Positions 5,882 through 6,359 of a stretch of 6,359 nucleotides of DNA are shown in pieces. The DNA lies in the IMG/VR virus record IMGVR_UViG_2711768014_000005; one strand, written 5' to 3'. Positions within the stretch are counted from its first letter, which is position 1; each line of letters opens with the position of its first letter. A program made the translations under genes and the position numbers. The stretch is from a virus (lineage: Duplodnaviria; Heunggongvirae; Uroviricota; Caudoviricetes). Under the pieces are notes generated by a model. That model made no database searches and was not told the origin of the DNA. It saw nothing but the letters and a program-made list of their open reading frames with translations.

Positions 5882-6045
5882 GCCGTAGCCCCTTCTTGAT
5901 ATTTTTCAAACCAGAACACAACCGGCTCTGCTTCCAGCGATGCCAGCGCAATCCGTGCCAGTTCCATTTGTTCACCACGGGTAAGCCCGTTTTCAAGCGG
6001 GTTTTTAATGAACAATTCAATACGTTCTTTGGTAATAGTGGTCAT
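5878..6045 (-). CDS. Hypothetical small protein, 55 aa (paralog of the N-terminus of the 114-aa ORF)
   Basis: Not in the ORF track (under 60 aa). ATG at 6045 preceded by AAGGAG with a 7-nt spacer; [55 protein letters not shown]. Shares the MTT start and the IAL-SL-AEP motif with the 114-aa ORF. Confidence 0.45.
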   Translation of the reverse strand: MTTITKERIELFIKNPLENGLTRGEQMELARIALASLEAEPVVFWFEKYQEGATA

Positions 6046-6055
6046 GTGTTACTCC

Positions 6056-6359
6056 TTAACCCGCAGTGCTTTCAACTGATGAGGGGAACAAAATCTTTTC
6101 ATCAAACCCTGCATTCATATCATGAACAGCAACACACCAATCCATCGACGAACGATTATCAAGAGCCTCCATGATTTCATCCATGCGGCGTAGGTCATAC
6201 AGGTAAATGCTTTTATCGCCAATGGTGTAAAAGCCAATTTTTTTCGGTGATGGATGAGGTGTACTGGCAATAGCGGACACTACCATTTGTTCTTTTTTTA
6301 AGCAGCCATCTGATGATATTTTTCCCTGAAGGCTGCCGGGGAGATATTCCCCAGACGAG
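6056..6359 (-). CDS. 3' end of an unidentified gene (partial; start lies beyond the right edge)
   Basis: Frame open from the window edge to TAA at 6056..6058; ...SAIASTPHPSPKKIGFYTIGDKSIYLYDLRRMDEIMEALDNRSSMDWCVAVHDMNAGFDEKILFPSSVESTAG*. Same strand as and contiguous with the downstream operon; its stop overlaps the ribosome-binding site of the 55-aa ORF. First 105 nt are the right IR arm. Confidence 0.55.
   Translation of the reverse strand, partial: SSGEYLPGSLQGKISSDGCLKKEQMVVSAIASTPHPSPKKIGFYTIGDKSIYLYDLRRMDEIMEALDNRSSMDWCVAVHDMNAGFDEKILFPSSVESTAG
6255..6359. repeat. Right arm of the perfect 105-bp terminal inverted repeat (partner 1..105)
   Basis: Exact reverse complement of 1..105; divergence begins at 6254. 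Confidence 0.95.

Noticed and set aside
5829-6174. ORFs 5829..6020 (-) 63 aa and 5896..6174 (+) 92 aa
   Set aside because: The 63-aa ORF is out of frame with the 55-aa ORF, which has the strong ribosome-binding site and the paralogy to the 114-aa protein; the plus-strand ORF is antisense to the coupled operon.
1-6359. Terminal inverted repeats as ends of a transposon or insertion sequence
   Set aside because: No transposase or recombinase ORF and no target-site duplication visible; the repeat arms are protein-coding and the interior is typical lambdoid prophage content. Not excluded, but unsupported.

Overview
This 6,359-bp window reads as a fragment of an Enterobacteriaceae (E. coli/Shigella-type) lambdoid prophage, transcribed almost entirely on the minus strand. 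In transcription order (high to low coordinate): 3' end of an unidentified gene; two paralogous small ORFs plus a hydrophobic micro-ORF; a HokD-type toxin; a rem-like ORF; a YdfU/DUF968-like protein; RusA resolvase; Q antiterminator (middle masked by a 299-nt N run); pR'/qut late promoter and tR' terminator; a small HTH-like ORF; an orphan beta-class DNA methyltransferase; a tRNA trio (Ile-CAU, Arg-UCG, Arg-UCU); then a terminator and about 400 bp of non-coding DNA. The window is bounded by a perfect 105-bp inverted repeat that lies inside open reading frames at both ends. I see no stx, lysis, integrase, transposase or CRISPR sequence. The two most novel-looking items are the translationally coupled cassette of unrecognised small proteins immediately upstream of hok (where, as I recall, relBE sits in the K-12 Qin prophage) and the inverted-repeat-bounded architecture itself. 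All protein identifications are by eye from the translations, with no database search run.
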